This document shows positions 9,689 through 20,108 of a stretch of DNA of 62,176 bases, one piece after another (within the stretch, counting starts at the first letter, position 1; every line of letters begins with the position of its first letter). The stretch lies in the sequence record SRR2962707_5378; one strand, 5' to 3'. The notes below the pieces were generated by a model, which saw nothing but the letters and a program-made list of their open reading frames with translations, was not told where the DNA came from and made no database searches. The position numbers and the translations under genes are program-made.

Positions 9689-11410
9689 CTAGTGGAACTC
9701 TTGGCGACTATGGCCAAGGACAAGACCAAATTCCCTTTCTGCGAATCCTCTAATCCCGACTGGCACTCTCAGCACACTCCCTGATAGTGGAGCGTGCGCC
9801 AACACCTCCGGCGGAACGTGCAACCGACACGTAGTCACGAAGAGGTCTTGAAGGCCCACGCCTCCAAAGCAAAGAGCGGTCGGCAATGGCACAGGCAGGT
9901 GAACCACTGCGATCTCTCGGCCTTCAGCGCTAAAGCGTTTGAGCTGCCATCCGCCGTAGATTGCGGTCCACAAGCACCCTTCAGCGTCCACGGCAACGCC
10001 ATTCGGCGTGCCTTCACCAGAATGAACGGCGAAACGGCGCGGCAGCATGGGGCGTGAATTGTCCGTATCAAGATCGAAGCACAATATCGCCTTTGAACCT
10101 GACTCCGTCAGAAAAAGTCTGTCACCATTCGGGCTCCAGCACAGTCCCTTTGCCCCTCTTTGCAATTCAAGCATTCGAGAAATTCGCCCGTCAGGCGAGA
10201 GGGCGTATACCCGCCCCTGGCCAATTCCCGCAGGGGAGAGAGGTCGCAAAGACCCAAACCAGAAGCGCCCATCCGGGCCGGTGCGGGCCACCGAAAAGCG
10301 GCGCTGCATTTCATGCGGTTCTGGATCGCTCAGCACACTATGCCGATTGGTGGCCAGATCAAGGACCCCCACGCCCTCCCTGGTTGCCACCAACACCCTT
10401 CCATCTTTGTACGGGGCAATTGCGCCTGGCAGGCAGTGAAGGGGTCTTCGGTCTACCGCGTTGGATTCGGGCGACCACAAGTTCAGCGCGCCCCCCAAGC
10501 TGTCAATCCAAACCAGACAACTTGACTTTGAGTCCCAATATGGACTTGATCCGACGCTGTCCGAATGACCCTGGGTCAAGGGTGCCACGCCATCCGACAG
10601 CGGACGTGCGCTTCCTCGACGTGCAACGGCATTTCGACGCGGACCAGGAAGGGGTGCTTGGGATATCCTTTTCGCAGCAAAGGCCAGCCGGCGCCCCACC
10701 TGATGGCGCTCGGCCTCCGAGATCTCGCCGTCCTCATAACTGACAACGAGGGCGCCTTGAGGACTACCATCTTCTCCAATTAGAGCCGCGGCCAACTCAA
10801 ACGCTACCCCGCCATCCTGCACGGAACCTCCATTTGCGGCTAGCTTCCGGACCGCGAAGCCCGTTGCTGTCGCAAAACCCAAATGCAACGAAAGATCCCG
10901 TTCAAGCACGGCTGTACTGGCGGTCAGCAAACCGATTGTTGAAGCGCATGCGGCACTATCCATTGCTGCGAGAATGGCGACTCCAGCCGCATTCTCGCTC
11001 AATGGCACAGGGGTGTGGTCGGTGACTTTGACGGCCATTCCGTAAGGCAACACCTGATCAGTCAGTCGCGCCGATCCGCCCTCCGTGCGCCAATACCAAA
11101 CCGTCGTCTCCAGTTCCTCCGCCAGTACCTGAAGTTCTTCGCGAAGGTCGTACCGGAGTCGGCTTTGAGGCGCCGCGTAGGCCATGAGATCAAGGAAGGC
11201 AGGGCCAAGAACATATCTTGACCCCAGGCCATGCAGAGCAACAAACCCAGACTGCTGGAGGGAGCTCAGGATGCGTAGCAAAGTCGGCTTTGGCAAGCCG
11301 GTTTCACGGTGAAGGCTCGCTAGTGACAGCCCCCCTCTGGCTGACCCAATTGCTAACAACACGCTCGTGCCCCTCGTCAGCAACCGCGCATCTTCCGATT
11401 TTTCGGTCAT
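9689..11410 (-). CDS. IclR regulator fused to C-terminal SMP-30/gluconolactonase beta-propeller (degenerate active site)
   Basis: IclR HTH (LTRG..LL, GLPKPTLLRIL..L..SGFV), IclR-like effector domain, then SGL motifs PYWD..WID, GPDGRFWFG, WSPNG, P.G.AVDAEG.LW, CFGG..L.DLFVTT. Confidence 0.88.
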   Translation of the reverse strand: MTEKSEDARLLTRGTSVLLAIGSARGGLSLASLHRETGLPKPTLLRILSSLQQSGFVALHGLGSRYVLGPAFLDLMAYAAPQSRLRYDLREELQVLAEELETTVWYWRTEGGSARLTDQVLPYGMAVKVTDHTPVPLSENAAGVAILAAMDSAACASTIGLLTASTAVLERDLSLHLGFATATGFAVRKLAANGGSVQDGGVAFELAAALIGEDGSPQGALVVSYEDGEISEAERHQVGRRLAFAAKRISQAPLPGPRRNAVARRGSARPLSDGVAPLTQGHSDSVGSSPYWDSKSSCLVWIDSLGGALNLWSPESNAVDRRPLHCLPGAIAPYKDGRVLVATREGVGVLDLATNRHSVLSDPEPHEMQRRFSVARTGPDGRFWFGSLRPLSPAGIGQGRVYALSPDGRISRMLELQRGAKGLCWSPNGDRLFLTESGSKAILCFDLDTDNSRPMLPRRFAVHSGEGTPNGVAVDAEGCLWTAIYGGWQLKRFSAEGREIAVVHLPVPLPTALCFGGVGLQDLFVTTCRLHVPPEVLAHAPLSGSVLRVPVGIRGFAEREFGLVLGHSRQEFH

Positions 11411-11735
11411 ATTGGAGCCAACCCCTCAGGTACCCATATTGCCACCCATGCAGGCGAGCGATAGTTGGATCAGATAAACACCCCGCCCAGTGCATGCGGC
11501 TATCTAGTCAGGGTGCAGTTAGCTATCACTGGAACTTCAAACTAGGTTTGCGACTGTCCGACGAAAAGCAAAGTGAGTGCTTGAGCCCTCCGCGGAATCG
11601 CCTCTGCAAAAGGATGACAAACTCATATGTGAAACGCTCGTCTGCCTCACAAAACCTCAAACCATGTGGGTTGGCAGACCGCAGGTAAATGCCTTGCGGC
11701 GACATCTGAAACTCTCGGCACGCAAGGACACAAGA

Positions 11736-12824
11736 TCATTTCGTAACGCGCTCAAGGGCCAGAGTTGGCAATTGCATCGACCAATGGTCTTTGTTGGGTA
11801 TGCCGGTGCTATTGCGAACCAACAGTTCGGTTGGCGTGAGAACGGGCACGATCTCTTCCCCTTCTATTGCAGCAACAATCATTTCAGCGGCTGCTGCACC
11901 ACGCCTTCTCCACGATGTGCGCACCGTAGTCAGCGAAATCAACGGATGTCCTGTGACTTGAGCTCCGTCATAGCCTGTAATCGAAACATCATCGGGCACC
12001 GAGAGCCCCATTTCGTGGGCCATGCCCAGAGCCGCCAACGCCAAATCGTCATTTCCGCATACGATCGCACTTGGGCGGTCGCTGCGACTCATTGTGGTGC
12101 TAAATGCCTCCCGAGCCTCTTGCTCGTCGGCTCCACACAGATGCAAGTGTCTCCGGGAAAGTGACAATCCGCGCTCCTTCAGTCGCGTCGAGACGGCTTC
12201 GACGCGAAACTTCCCGTTCTTGACTGCGCGTTTGTCGCCGATCATTCCGATGGATCGGTGCCCTAGTTCTAAGAGATGGTCGACTACCGAATTCAATGCT
12301 TCTCGCTCATTCTGTCCGACCCAGTGCGGGAAGAGCTCATGGTTCACGTTTGACAGCATCACATGAGGCATGTTCGCGGCTTGAAGTAGCTCACGAGCGA
12401 CTTCGGGCCGGTCAAGGTGAGTTAGCAAAATGGCATCAACACCACGCTGAATGAGACCGGAAAGAGCTTTGTGCTCCGCCTCCGAGTCATAGTTCGTGGC
12501 CGACACCAACAATGAGATGTTCCGCGCGGACAGCTCTGCCTCAAAGTACATTAGCTCGTGCCTGACCATTATGTGATCGAGCGAGGGGATCAGAACACCG
12601 ACGGTGCCCCATTTGCTGCCTGCCAGTGCTCGCGCCGCGGGGTTCATTTGATAGCCCAAGGCATTGACCGCACTATTGATGCGCTTCAGAGTTCGCGGAT
12701 TGACCACATTTGGTGAGTTCAAAGCTCTAGAAACTGTTACGGGCGCAACACCAGCCCGACGCGCGACATCAGCGAGTGTGGGCCGTTTTGGACCGGCTGA
12801 ACGGGGGGCGACAGGTTTTTTCAT
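11736..12824 (-). CDS. LacI family transcriptional regulator
   Basis: PTLADVARRAGVAPVTVSRALN, ..NPAARAL, VPDDVSITGYD. Confidence 0.95.
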   Translation of the reverse strand: MKKPVAPRSAGPKRPTLADVARRAGVAPVTVSRALNSPNVVNPRTLKRINSAVNALGYQMNPAARALAGSKWGTVGVLIPSLDHIMVRHELMYFEAELSARNISLLVSATNYDSEAEHKALSGLIQRGVDAILLTHLDRPEVARELLQAANMPHVMLSNVNHELFPHWVGQNEREALNSVVDHLLELGHRSIGMIGDKRAVKNGKFRVEAVSTRLKERGLSLSRRHLHLCGADEQEAREAFSTTMSRSDRPSAIVCGNDDLALAALGMAHEMGLSVPDDVSITGYDGAQVTGHPLISLTTVRTSWRRRGAAAAEMIVAAIEGEEIVPVLTPTELLVRNSTGIPNKDHWSMQLPTLALERVTK

Positions 12825-12914
12825 GTGTTGTTTATAGTTCCGCGTGGGTTTGCGGCAGTTCCTGCCGCAGTATTCCGACCTTGTGATCGTTTGGCGGACC
12901 TAGAGGTCATGACT

Positions 12915-14000
12915 TTATGCCGCCTCGCTCTGCAACCGCTGCGCGGCCCGACCATCTGCCTCGAACAAATGAGCTCGCGTCGGATCGAATCCAAAACGCA
13001 TTTCATCGCCGAGTCGAATCAAGTCCGCATCTCCGAGCTTGGCCGTGAACGCCCCCACCGTCGTTTCCAAATGAACCAGGGAATATTCTCCTAGCTGCTC
13101 AACAAGGACCACCTCTCCTGCGATCGGGCCGTTCTCCGTATGCTTCAGATGTTCAGGACGTACACCTAGCGTCACCTCGTCTTGAGCGACCATTTCGAGC
13201 CGGACCGAACCGCCGCCCCAATCCGCAGAAAGCGAGACATCGGTGCCATGTTGCCTGGGAGTCGCCACGGCAGGAAAAAAGTTCATTCTCGGAGAGCCGA
13301 TGAACTGAGCAACAAATTTATTCGCTGGACAATGGTACAGTTCGAGCGGGGTGCCAACCTGCTCAACCAAGCCGTCGCGCAAAACCACGATACGATCGGC
13401 CAAAGTCATCGCCTCAACTTGATCGTGAGTGACAAATATCATCGTAGCTTTGAGTTTCTGATGCAGTTTAGCAATCTCGACGCGCGTTTGTACTCTCAAT
13501 TCGGCGTCCAGATTTGAAAGCGGCTCGTCGAACAGGAATACTTCTGGTTCGCGCACAATCGCACGGCCAATAGCAACACGTTGCCTTTGCCCACCAGAAA
13601 GCGCTGTGGGCAATCTGTCGAGATACTCGCCAATGCGCAACGTGTCGGCAGCGTGACGTACCTTCCTTTCGATCACATCTTTGGCAGTCTTAGCCAAGCG
13701 CATGGCAAACGAAATATTCTCAGATACCTTCATATGGGGATATAGAGCGTAGGACTGGAAAACCATGGCCACGCCGCGCTTGGCGGGGGCAACGTCGTTC
13801 ATAATCCGACCGCCGATCTGCAATTCTCCGCTGCTGATTTCTTCAAGACCGGCAATGGCTCGAAGCAGGGTCGATTTCCCACATCCGGAGGGACCGACAA
13901 AAACGACAAACTCGCCTGAATGGATACTCAAGTCCACGCCGTGGATGACTTCAACATTGCCATAAGACTTGCGGATATTCTTCAGCGTAACGGTACTCAT
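12915..14000 (-). CDS. Sugar ABC ATPase (MalK/UgpC-like)
   Basis: GPSGCGKST, VFQSYALYPHM, LSGGQRQR, FDEPLSNLD, TOBE tail. Confidence 0.95.
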   Translation of the reverse strand: MSTVTLKNIRKSYGNVEVIHGVDLSIHSGEFVVFVGPSGCGKSTLLRAIAGLEEISSGELQIGGRIMNDVAPAKRGVAMVFQSYALYPHMKVSENISFAMRLAKTAKDVIERKVRHAADTLRIGEYLDRLPTALSGGQRQRVAIGRAIVREPEVFLFDEPLSNLDAELRVQTRVEIAKLHQKLKATMIFVTHDQVEAMTLADRIVVLRDGLVEQVGTPLELYHCPANKFVAQFIGSPRMNFFPAVATPRQHGTDVSLSADWGGGSVRLEMVAQDEVTLGVRPEHLKHTENGPIAGEVVLVEQLGEYSLVHLETTVGAFTAKLGDADLIRLGDEMRFGFDPTRAHLFEADGRAAQRLQSEAA

Positions 14001-16075
14001 TTTCGTTTGCTCCATTTGTCGAGAAGAGCCGGGCTCAACATCATTGGCAAAAAAACTCCGCCCACCACGGGCCGCGCCCGAAAACCACGACCTTTTGCAG
14101 GCGCTCCGGTGTCGGCCTCATACCAGTCCGAAAGGGGCTCTCGGACGGGAGCGTCATCCAGCCATGCCGAAATACGTTCAATAATATGATCTTGATCTTC
14201 TTTGCGCCCGGTCAGGCACGCAGTCCAAACCAACCAATCCAGCTTGGTGTGCGAAGCGATGGAATGAAGGGGCACTCCGTAGGGCCTCATTTCTTCGCGA
14301 TACTTGGCCATTTCGGCGTCAAGGATGGACTGCTCGAACAGGTTGAGCTTCAAAAACCGATCCCAAATTAGGTTGTACTTCTGGCTCCAACTGTCTTGTT
14401 GGTCGAAACACATGCGATAATGGGATCCGTCTCGGTCCGTTTCGCGCCATTGCCGCGCACCCTGTTCCGCAGCCCTGCGGTATACCTCGCCATTAATACC
14501 CAAAGCCTCACCCAATTGCGCCGCGGCGCCGAGAGCGACGATGCCCTTGGCTGACAGATTCGCATTGTGCGCGATATGCCCGTCGAAATCGTCTGTGCAA
14601 AGCTGCTCATCCGGATCGAAGCCTTGGTCCATCAGATAGTCTGCCCATTGAGCAAGGGTAGGCCAGTGTTCCCGGAAGGCTTCCGGATCGTTCGTTACCT
14701 TGCTTAACGCAGCCACGAGAATCAGCATATTGCCACATTCCTCAAATGGCATTTGGTTTTCCTCGCCCGTTTCACCACCACCGTAAACTTGACCGTTTGC
14801 AAGCGGGTAGCGTCCTAGATCGTGCGGCGCGAACGAAAACTTCCAGGCCGGTGATGCGGCGTAGTCAAGCACGGGGCGAATTTGCGCCATCAACAATTCC
14901 GGGTTGAAAAGCAGGAAAAACGGAGCACTGGGATAGACTAGGTCGACAGTTCCCATGCAACCGTTCGAGGAGTTCTCCTTAGAGAAATGCAAGAGTTCGC
15001 CGCTACGATCCATCACTAGAGCATGTCCACCAAGACACTGGCGGAATGCCAATGTGCCCAGACGGGCAAAAGCGGGACCAGCAGCCCGATTCATGTCTGC
15101 CGTCAGGTCCTTGTCAAACGCCCGACACTGCGCTTCCACCTGGTCTTGCTCAGACCATGAGCGGTTAATCATCCCAATGGCGGTGGCATCTTGCTGTCGC
15201 CACAGCGGCGGGATACGTCGTCTCATATATTCGATTTGCGCAACATGGTCATAAGCGACAACCGCCGACCAGCGACCGTCAGACACCTTGCCGAAATTTT
15301 TGGAAACGGCCAAACCAAACACAGGGGGGCGATTTAGGTTTTGACTTTTCCCCAGCGCACGCCCTTCGCCACCTGAGGCAGAACATGGCAACGATAGCCC
15401 TCCACCTTCCGCCAGACCGTCGACGTTTGGCAGTCCGCCGTCTCGCGCGAATGCGAGGCGCATGCTTCGGGTATCTCCGGTCGCGGTGGTGCAACCTCCT
15501 TCTGGCTTTGGAGAAAGGTGCAGATATCCCCAGTCCGTGAAGCATTCATCACCCGAGCGCGCCAGCACCGATTGTTCGACAGTGCCACACCACAAGGAAG
15601 TGGTCTTTCCGTGCTGTTGCCGACCCCAAATAACCTCAGCCTCGGTCTTATCGGTCGAAATGGTCGCTGGAACATCAAGATAGACCTCAATCTGACGGGC
15701 AGTTCCATCGCGCGAACGGACCTCGAAGGATACATAGGTGACGGGTCGTGCAAGCAGTTGCGGCAGGTGGGGTAGCGCGGCCGTTGTGAAACTCAGGTTG
15801 AGTTCAACCCCTTCGGCCTCGAATGAGAAGGAGGTAATCGTTGGACCGATGTGACGGTGTATCTGCTTCATCGCGGGCAGGCTGGGAGACATGCGGGTGT
15901 TTCCGCCCATAAACCGCCACACCTTTTCGTCTATGCGAAGATGACCGGCCATTTCCACTGGACGACCTGTCCAGTGGGTTGGCCAGTTGTCTGTCAGAGC
16001 ATCGGCTGCCGACCAGATTGAGAAAAATGGGTCATGTACGATCAAAGGTGTTGCTGGTGCGCGCTCGCTGGTCAT
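13997..16075 (-). CDS. Glutaminase A (GtaA)-like DUF5127/DUF4965/DUF1793 protein, probable glycoside hydrolase
   Basis: PATPL..HDP.FSIWS, FSKENSSNGCMGTVD..YP, APHDLG.YP.ANG, MP.EECGNML, QLCTDDF.G, WSQKYNL.WD, F.ARPVVGG. Confidence 0.8.
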   Translation of the reverse strand: MTSERAPATPLIVHDPFFSIWSAADALTDNWPTHWTGRPVEMAGHLRIDEKVWRFMGGNTRMSPSLPAMKQIHRHIGPTITSFSFEAEGVELNLSFTTAALPHLPQLLARPVTYVSFEVRSRDGTARQIEVYLDVPATISTDKTEAEVIWGRQQHGKTTSLWCGTVEQSVLARSGDECFTDWGYLHLSPKPEGGCTTATGDTRSMRLAFARDGGLPNVDGLAEGGGLSLPCSASGGEGRALGKSQNLNRPPVFGLAVSKNFGKVSDGRWSAVVAYDHVAQIEYMRRRIPPLWRQQDATAIGMINRSWSEQDQVEAQCRAFDKDLTADMNRAAGPAFARLGTLAFRQCLGGHALVMDRSGELLHFSKENSSNGCMGTVDLVYPSAPFFLLFNPELLMAQIRPVLDYAASPAWKFSFAPHDLGRYPLANGQVYGGGETGEENQMPFEECGNMLILVAALSKVTNDPEAFREHWPTLAQWADYLMDQGFDPDEQLCTDDFDGHIAHNANLSAKGIVALGAAAQLGEALGINGEVYRRAAEQGARQWRETDRDGSHYRMCFDQQDSWSQKYNLIWDRFLKLNLFEQSILDAEMAKYREEMRPYGVPLHSIASHTKLDWLVWTACLTGRKEDQDHIIERISAWLDDAPVREPLSDWYEADTGAPAKGRGFRARPVVGGVFLPMMLSPALLDKWSKRK

Positions 16076-17874
16076 TCTGCAGCCTCATGTGGCTGTCGGG
16101 CCCTGTTCAGTTCCGACGAAAAAATGTCCCGATAGGTCTGGATCGGCAGCTTGGGCGTGCGATCATAGGTGAGAAGTCCGTTCTGTTCCTGCTCTACATC
16201 CGTCAATTGGGTGTAGCACCAGCCCCTAATGTGAGGTATCGCGTTGACAGCTCCGACCTGTCCGCGGATGCGCGCCTCCAGTTCCTTCAATGAACTAGGC
16301 GCATCTCCATAACCCCAAGCGGCACCGGCGTCCCGCGCGGCTTGCCCCGCGTCGAGGTTGGCGAACTCGCTATTGTCAGCCTCCAAGTCAAACGCGGCCC
16401 CTCCAAACTCGTCGAGAATATAGGGTTGGTAAGCGTACTGAGGTTCGCTTTGCGGAGCGTCTCGATATACATCTGGATATGGGCTCAACTGCTTCGCGAG
16501 TTTTTCTGGATCCTGTTGGTATGAATGTACGGTCCAAATGTCGGTGTCGCGGTGGACCCAGCCGGAGGCGTCGTTGACTGGTCGCGTCGGGTCCAGTTGC
16601 CGCGTTATTGCCGCCAAACGCTCGATCAGACGCAGATGCGACTCCTCAATCGGTTCGTGCCGTCCTTTGCCCCAACCGCTTTCATTGTGCGGAGTCCAAG
16701 CCACAATAGATGGATGGTTGCGACACTGGGAAACAATTGCTGGCCATTCTTCGAGCAAGTTTCCGTTGGCTTCTTCGTCTTCTGGCTCCGCACCCCAGGA
16801 CGCACTCTCGCCCCAGGTCATGTAACCCAATCGGTCCGCCCAATAGTGAAAGCGCGGCTCAAACACTTTCTGGTGAAGTCGGGCGCCGTTGAAACCCATC
16901 GACATCGACAGTTCAATATCGCGACGCAGCGCTTCATCATTTGGCGCCGTCCAGATGCCATCTGGATAAAAACCCTGATCGAGCACGAAGCGATGAAAGA
17001 TTTCTTCGCCGTTGAGCAAGATCCGGTCACCGTCGACTGTCACGTCGCGCAGCCCGCAATAGGCGTTGACGCGGTCCAGCACTTCCTCGCCGGCGCGAAT
17101 TTCATACTCGAGATCGTACAAGGTCGGAGAGCCGGGCGCCCAAGGCTGCGGCTCTGGAATGGTCAGAGTCAGCGGCACTCCACTCGACAAAGGAGCGGCG
17201 CGTTCGGCAACCCGTGTCCCGTTCAACGACGCCCGAACAAGCCAAGTCAGTCCGTGTGAGTTGTTTAGAGGTCGAGGCGTGAGCACCACAGTGCCGTTGG
17301 AATGCGTGACTACATCGACTGAGCGCAGATAGACTTCACCTGCATGTTCTAGCCAAACAGACTGCCAGATCCCAGTGGTCCGCGTGTAGTAGCACCCGTA
17401 GGAATGCGGCTTGCGGCTCTGTTTACCCGCCGGCTGTTTGCCACTCTGCAGCTTATCCTCGGCGTGTACAACGAGTCGGCACTTTCCCGAGGCCAGATGA
17501 CCAGTCAAATCAACACTGAAACCGGTTGAGCCGCCACGATGCAGACCGATCTGTTCGCCGTTTGCGAAAATTCGTGCCTGCCAATCGACTGCGCCGAAAT
17601 GCAGTATTACACGTCCACCGTCCCAACCATTAGGCCGGGTGATGTCTCGAGCGTACCAGATACTCTCCATGAAGCCGGTCTCACCAACTCCAGACAATGC
17701 ACTTTCAGGCGCAAATGGCACGGTGATGTGACGATCGAACCGGGACCCATCACGTCGGTCGGACACGGTACCGACTGCGTCAACTGCAAATTCCCATGTC
17801 CCATTCAGGCTATGCCAGTTCGGGCGGAAAAAGTGCGGGCGCGGCAGCTCAGCGCGCGGGAGCGAAAATGTCAT
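16072..17874 (-). CDS. Glycoside hydrolase family 2 (cytoplasmic)
   Basis: SLNGTWEF, LHFGAVDW, GKQ...YTRTTGIWQSVWLE, acid/base HNESGW, nucleophile LDEFGG, YTQLTDVEQE.NG. Confidence 0.92.
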   Translation of the reverse strand: MTFSLPRAELPRPHFFRPNWHSLNGTWEFAVDAVGTVSDRRDGSRFDRHITVPFAPESALSGVGETGFMESIWYARDITRPNGWDGGRVILHFGAVDWQARIFANGEQIGLHRGGSTGFSVDLTGHLASGKCRLVVHAEDKLQSGKQPAGKQSRKPHSYGCYYTRTTGIWQSVWLEHAGEVYLRSVDVVTHSNGTVVLTPRPLNNSHGLTWLVRASLNGTRVAERAAPLSSGVPLTLTIPEPQPWAPGSPTLYDLEYEIRAGEEVLDRVNAYCGLRDVTVDGDRILLNGEEIFHRFVLDQGFYPDGIWTAPNDEALRRDIELSMSMGFNGARLHQKVFEPRFHYWADRLGYMTWGESASWGAEPEDEEANGNLLEEWPAIVSQCRNHPSIVAWTPHNESGWGKGRHEPIEESHLRLIERLAAITRQLDPTRPVNDASGWVHRDTDIWTVHSYQQDPEKLAKQLSPYPDVYRDAPQSEPQYAYQPYILDEFGGAAFDLEADNSEFANLDAGQAARDAGAAWGYGDAPSSLKELEARIRGQVGAVNAIPHIRGWCYTQLTDVEQEQNGLLTYDRTPKLPIQTYRDIFSSELNRARQPHEAAE

Positions 17875-17909
17875 GAGATATCCCGGTTGTTTTGCGGTGA
17901 TGTAGCTGT

Positions 17910-17935
17910 CCCCGGCACGAGTAAACGTGCCGGGG
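17910..17935 (-). terminator. Stem-loop after SBP gene (mRNA stabiliser/partial terminator)
   Basis: CCCCGGCACG-AGTAAA-CGTGCCGGGG perfect 10-bp stem. Confidence 0.6.
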
Positions 17936-17949
17936 CCGGCGTTCGAAGG

Positions 17950-19242
17950 CTAGAGGAGGTCTTCTATGTCGATCTGCGCGTCCTCGAGGGCGTCTTCCTG
18001 CGACTTATCACCCATCCACGCGGCCAACAGTTCGCGCGCCAGTGCATCCTGGATGGCGCCGTAGCTAATGGATGGCGGAATGTCGCGAGAGTTGGCCGCC
18101 GTTTCAGCGTAGTCTGAACGGTGCGGCAGGCTGTTGTAATGATCGCTTTCCAGTACCGAAGTACGTACAGCCATGTGCCCAGTCTTGGCCCACGCGGCGT
18201 TGTTGTCGTTGATGTGCGCCAGAAGGTTTAGTGCGGCCTGGAATTTTTCCGGATCGCTCTCCTTCAGACTTGCGGGAATGGCCCACATGTGAGTGTCCGC
18301 CCAAACGGCGGGTTCATCATACAAGGTCGGGAAATTGGTAACATGGTAGTTGTTCAACGGGACGGAGGGATCCGCAGCCTGACTGTCATAGAAGTCAACC
18401 ACCCAAGTTCCGTTCACCAACACCGCAACTTCTCCGTCGAGAAATGCTTGCTGGGCAGCCGGATAGTCATTCTGTACGTCGACGTGACCATCGTCGATCA
18501 ACTTCTGAATGAGGCTGTGGGCCTCGACCATCTCAGCACTTTCCACAGTAGCATTGTCGCCCTCATAGAGGGTTGCGCCTTGCTGCATGACAAGTGCCAT
18601 GGCGGTCCGCATACCGAAAACACCACCTTGGAACTGCTGAGCTAGATAGTCCTTGCCTGTGGCCTGCTTAACCGCTTCGGCCTGCGCGATGAGTTCTTCT
18701 GGACTGATCGGGACGATTGGATTTCCTTCCTCGTCGACCAAACCGGCTTCCGTCATTATGTCAACGTTTACATGCCAAAGCAGGGCATGAAAATCCATAG
18801 GAACAGCGTAGATATTGCCGTCAAACGTCACGGCATCAAGGGCTGCCGGAGCCCAGTCAGAAACATCGATACCAGCTGCCGCGAGTTCCTCTTCAGTGAG
18901 CGGAGCGATGGCGCCAAGTGACGCGAATTCCATCACCCGGTGACGGTGCATGACATGTACGTCGGGGGGGTTGCCACCAGCGTAAGTCGCCTTGATCTGA
19001 TCGTAGTAGCTGTTCCACTCAGTAGGGAGCGTTTCAACGGTAACCCCGTTGTCTGCAGCAGAAAACGAGCGGATGATTGACTCAATAATGCAGGGCTCGC
19101 CCACCTCGGCTGCCGGATCAAGGCCGGCATCTTCGCATGCACCAAAGAACCGACCAAGCACCAGTTCAGTTTGCGCGAACGCCTCGACTGTTGGCACTGC
19201 TATTGCCGCAGCGGTGGCAACCACTATTAGCACTTGTTTCAT
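17950..19242 (-). CDS. Carbohydrate ABC substrate-binding protein
   Basis: Signal peptide, GNPPDV, DGNIYAVP, NGTW; within CUT1 operon. Confidence 0.9.
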   Translation of the reverse strand: MKQVLIVVATAAAIAVPTVEAFAQTELVLGRFFGACEDAGLDPAAEVGEPCIIESIIRSFSAADNGVTVETLPTEWNSYYDQIKATYAGGNPPDVHVMHRHRVMEFASLGAIAPLTEEELAAAGIDVSDWAPAALDAVTFDGNIYAVPMDFHALLWHVNVDIMTEAGLVDEEGNPIVPISPEELIAQAEAVKQATGKDYLAQQFQGGVFGMRTAMALVMQQGATLYEGDNATVESAEMVEAHSLIQKLIDDGHVDVQNDYPAAQQAFLDGEVAVLVNGTWVVDFYDSQAADPSVPLNNYHVTNFPTLYDEPAVWADTHMWAIPASLKESDPEKFQAALNLLAHINDNNAAWAKTGHMAVRTSVLESDHYNSLPHRSDYAETAANSRDIPPSISYGAIQDALARELLAAWMGDKSQEDALEDAQIDIEDLL

Positions 19243-19267
19243 TTCTATCTCCTCCTGTTTAAGACGG

Positions 19268-20104
19268 TCATTTGAACGTGCCTAGAGCGATTCCACGCAC
19301 GACAAATCTTTGGAAAATAACGAAAATGAGGAGAACGGGCAGACTAGCTGCCACACCCGACGCCATCAGACGGCCCATTCCCTCAGTTTCAGCAAAATTG
19401 GTTTGTATCGACGCTAGGCCCACAGTGATTGTGAACATGTCTTGGCGCTGCGCTGAGACCAGCGGCCAAAGATAGTCATTCCACGCATACAGAAAGGTGA
19501 TGATGGCCAGGGTCGTCACCGCAGGCAGAGAGAGTGGCAGCATAATGCGCACAAAAATCGTGAGGCGGCTCGCTCCGTCGATCTCGGCTGCCTCCTCGAT
19601 TTCTTTTGGAATAGAGAGGAAGAATTGCATCATCAGGAACACGCCAAGCGGGACGGCAAGCCGCGGCAGGATCATGGAATGATATGTGTTGTGCATGTCC
19701 CAGTCGGCGAACATGGTGTAGAGGGGAATGAAAATTACCTGATCCGGGATCATCAAGCCCGCGAGCACCACCACAAAAATCAGCCGCTTACCTGGGAAAT
19801 TTATCCGGGCCAGCGCGTAGCCGGCTGTGGTGGACAACAACAGAACTAAAGTGGTCATGCCGAATGCAATTGCGAGGCTGTTGAGAAACCAGCGCGGTGT
19901 GCGTCCGTGCATAAACAAGGCCACATAGTTGTCGAGAGTAAAAGGCAAGGGAACCAGCCCCATTGCCGTATTGGAAGTCGTTCGCGCGAGCACCTCATTG
20001 GGTTGCAGCGAAAGGGACACCATCCAGATCGTTGGGATCGACCAGGCAATGGCAGAAAGTCCGAGAAAACTGACGAGCAACCAGTAGTTGCGTTGTGCCT
20101 GCAT
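19268..20104 (-). CDS. Carbohydrate ABC permease (MalG-like)
   Basis: WFLNSL, AGYALAR, IPKEIEEAAEIDGAS, WNDYLWPL. Confidence 0.93.
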   Translation of the reverse strand: MQAQRNYWLLVSFLGLSAIAWSIPTIWMVSLSLQPNEVLARTTSNTAMGLVPLPFTLDNYVALFMHGRTPRWFLNSLAIAFGMTTLVLLLSTTAGYALARINFPGKRLIFVVVLAGLMIPDQVIFIPLYTMFADWDMHNTYHSMILPRLAVPLGVFLMMQFFLSIPKEIEEAAEIDGASRLTIFVRIMLPLSLPAVTTLAIITFLYAWNDYLWPLVSAQRQDMFTITVGLASIQTNFAETEGMGRLMASGVAASLPVLLIFVIFQRFVVRGIALGTFK

Positions 20105-20108
20105 GGCT

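Noticed and set aside
11518-11535. Operator for the first IclR fusion
   Set aside because: Only one TGGAAC half-site; spacing and other half do not match the 34399 palindrome
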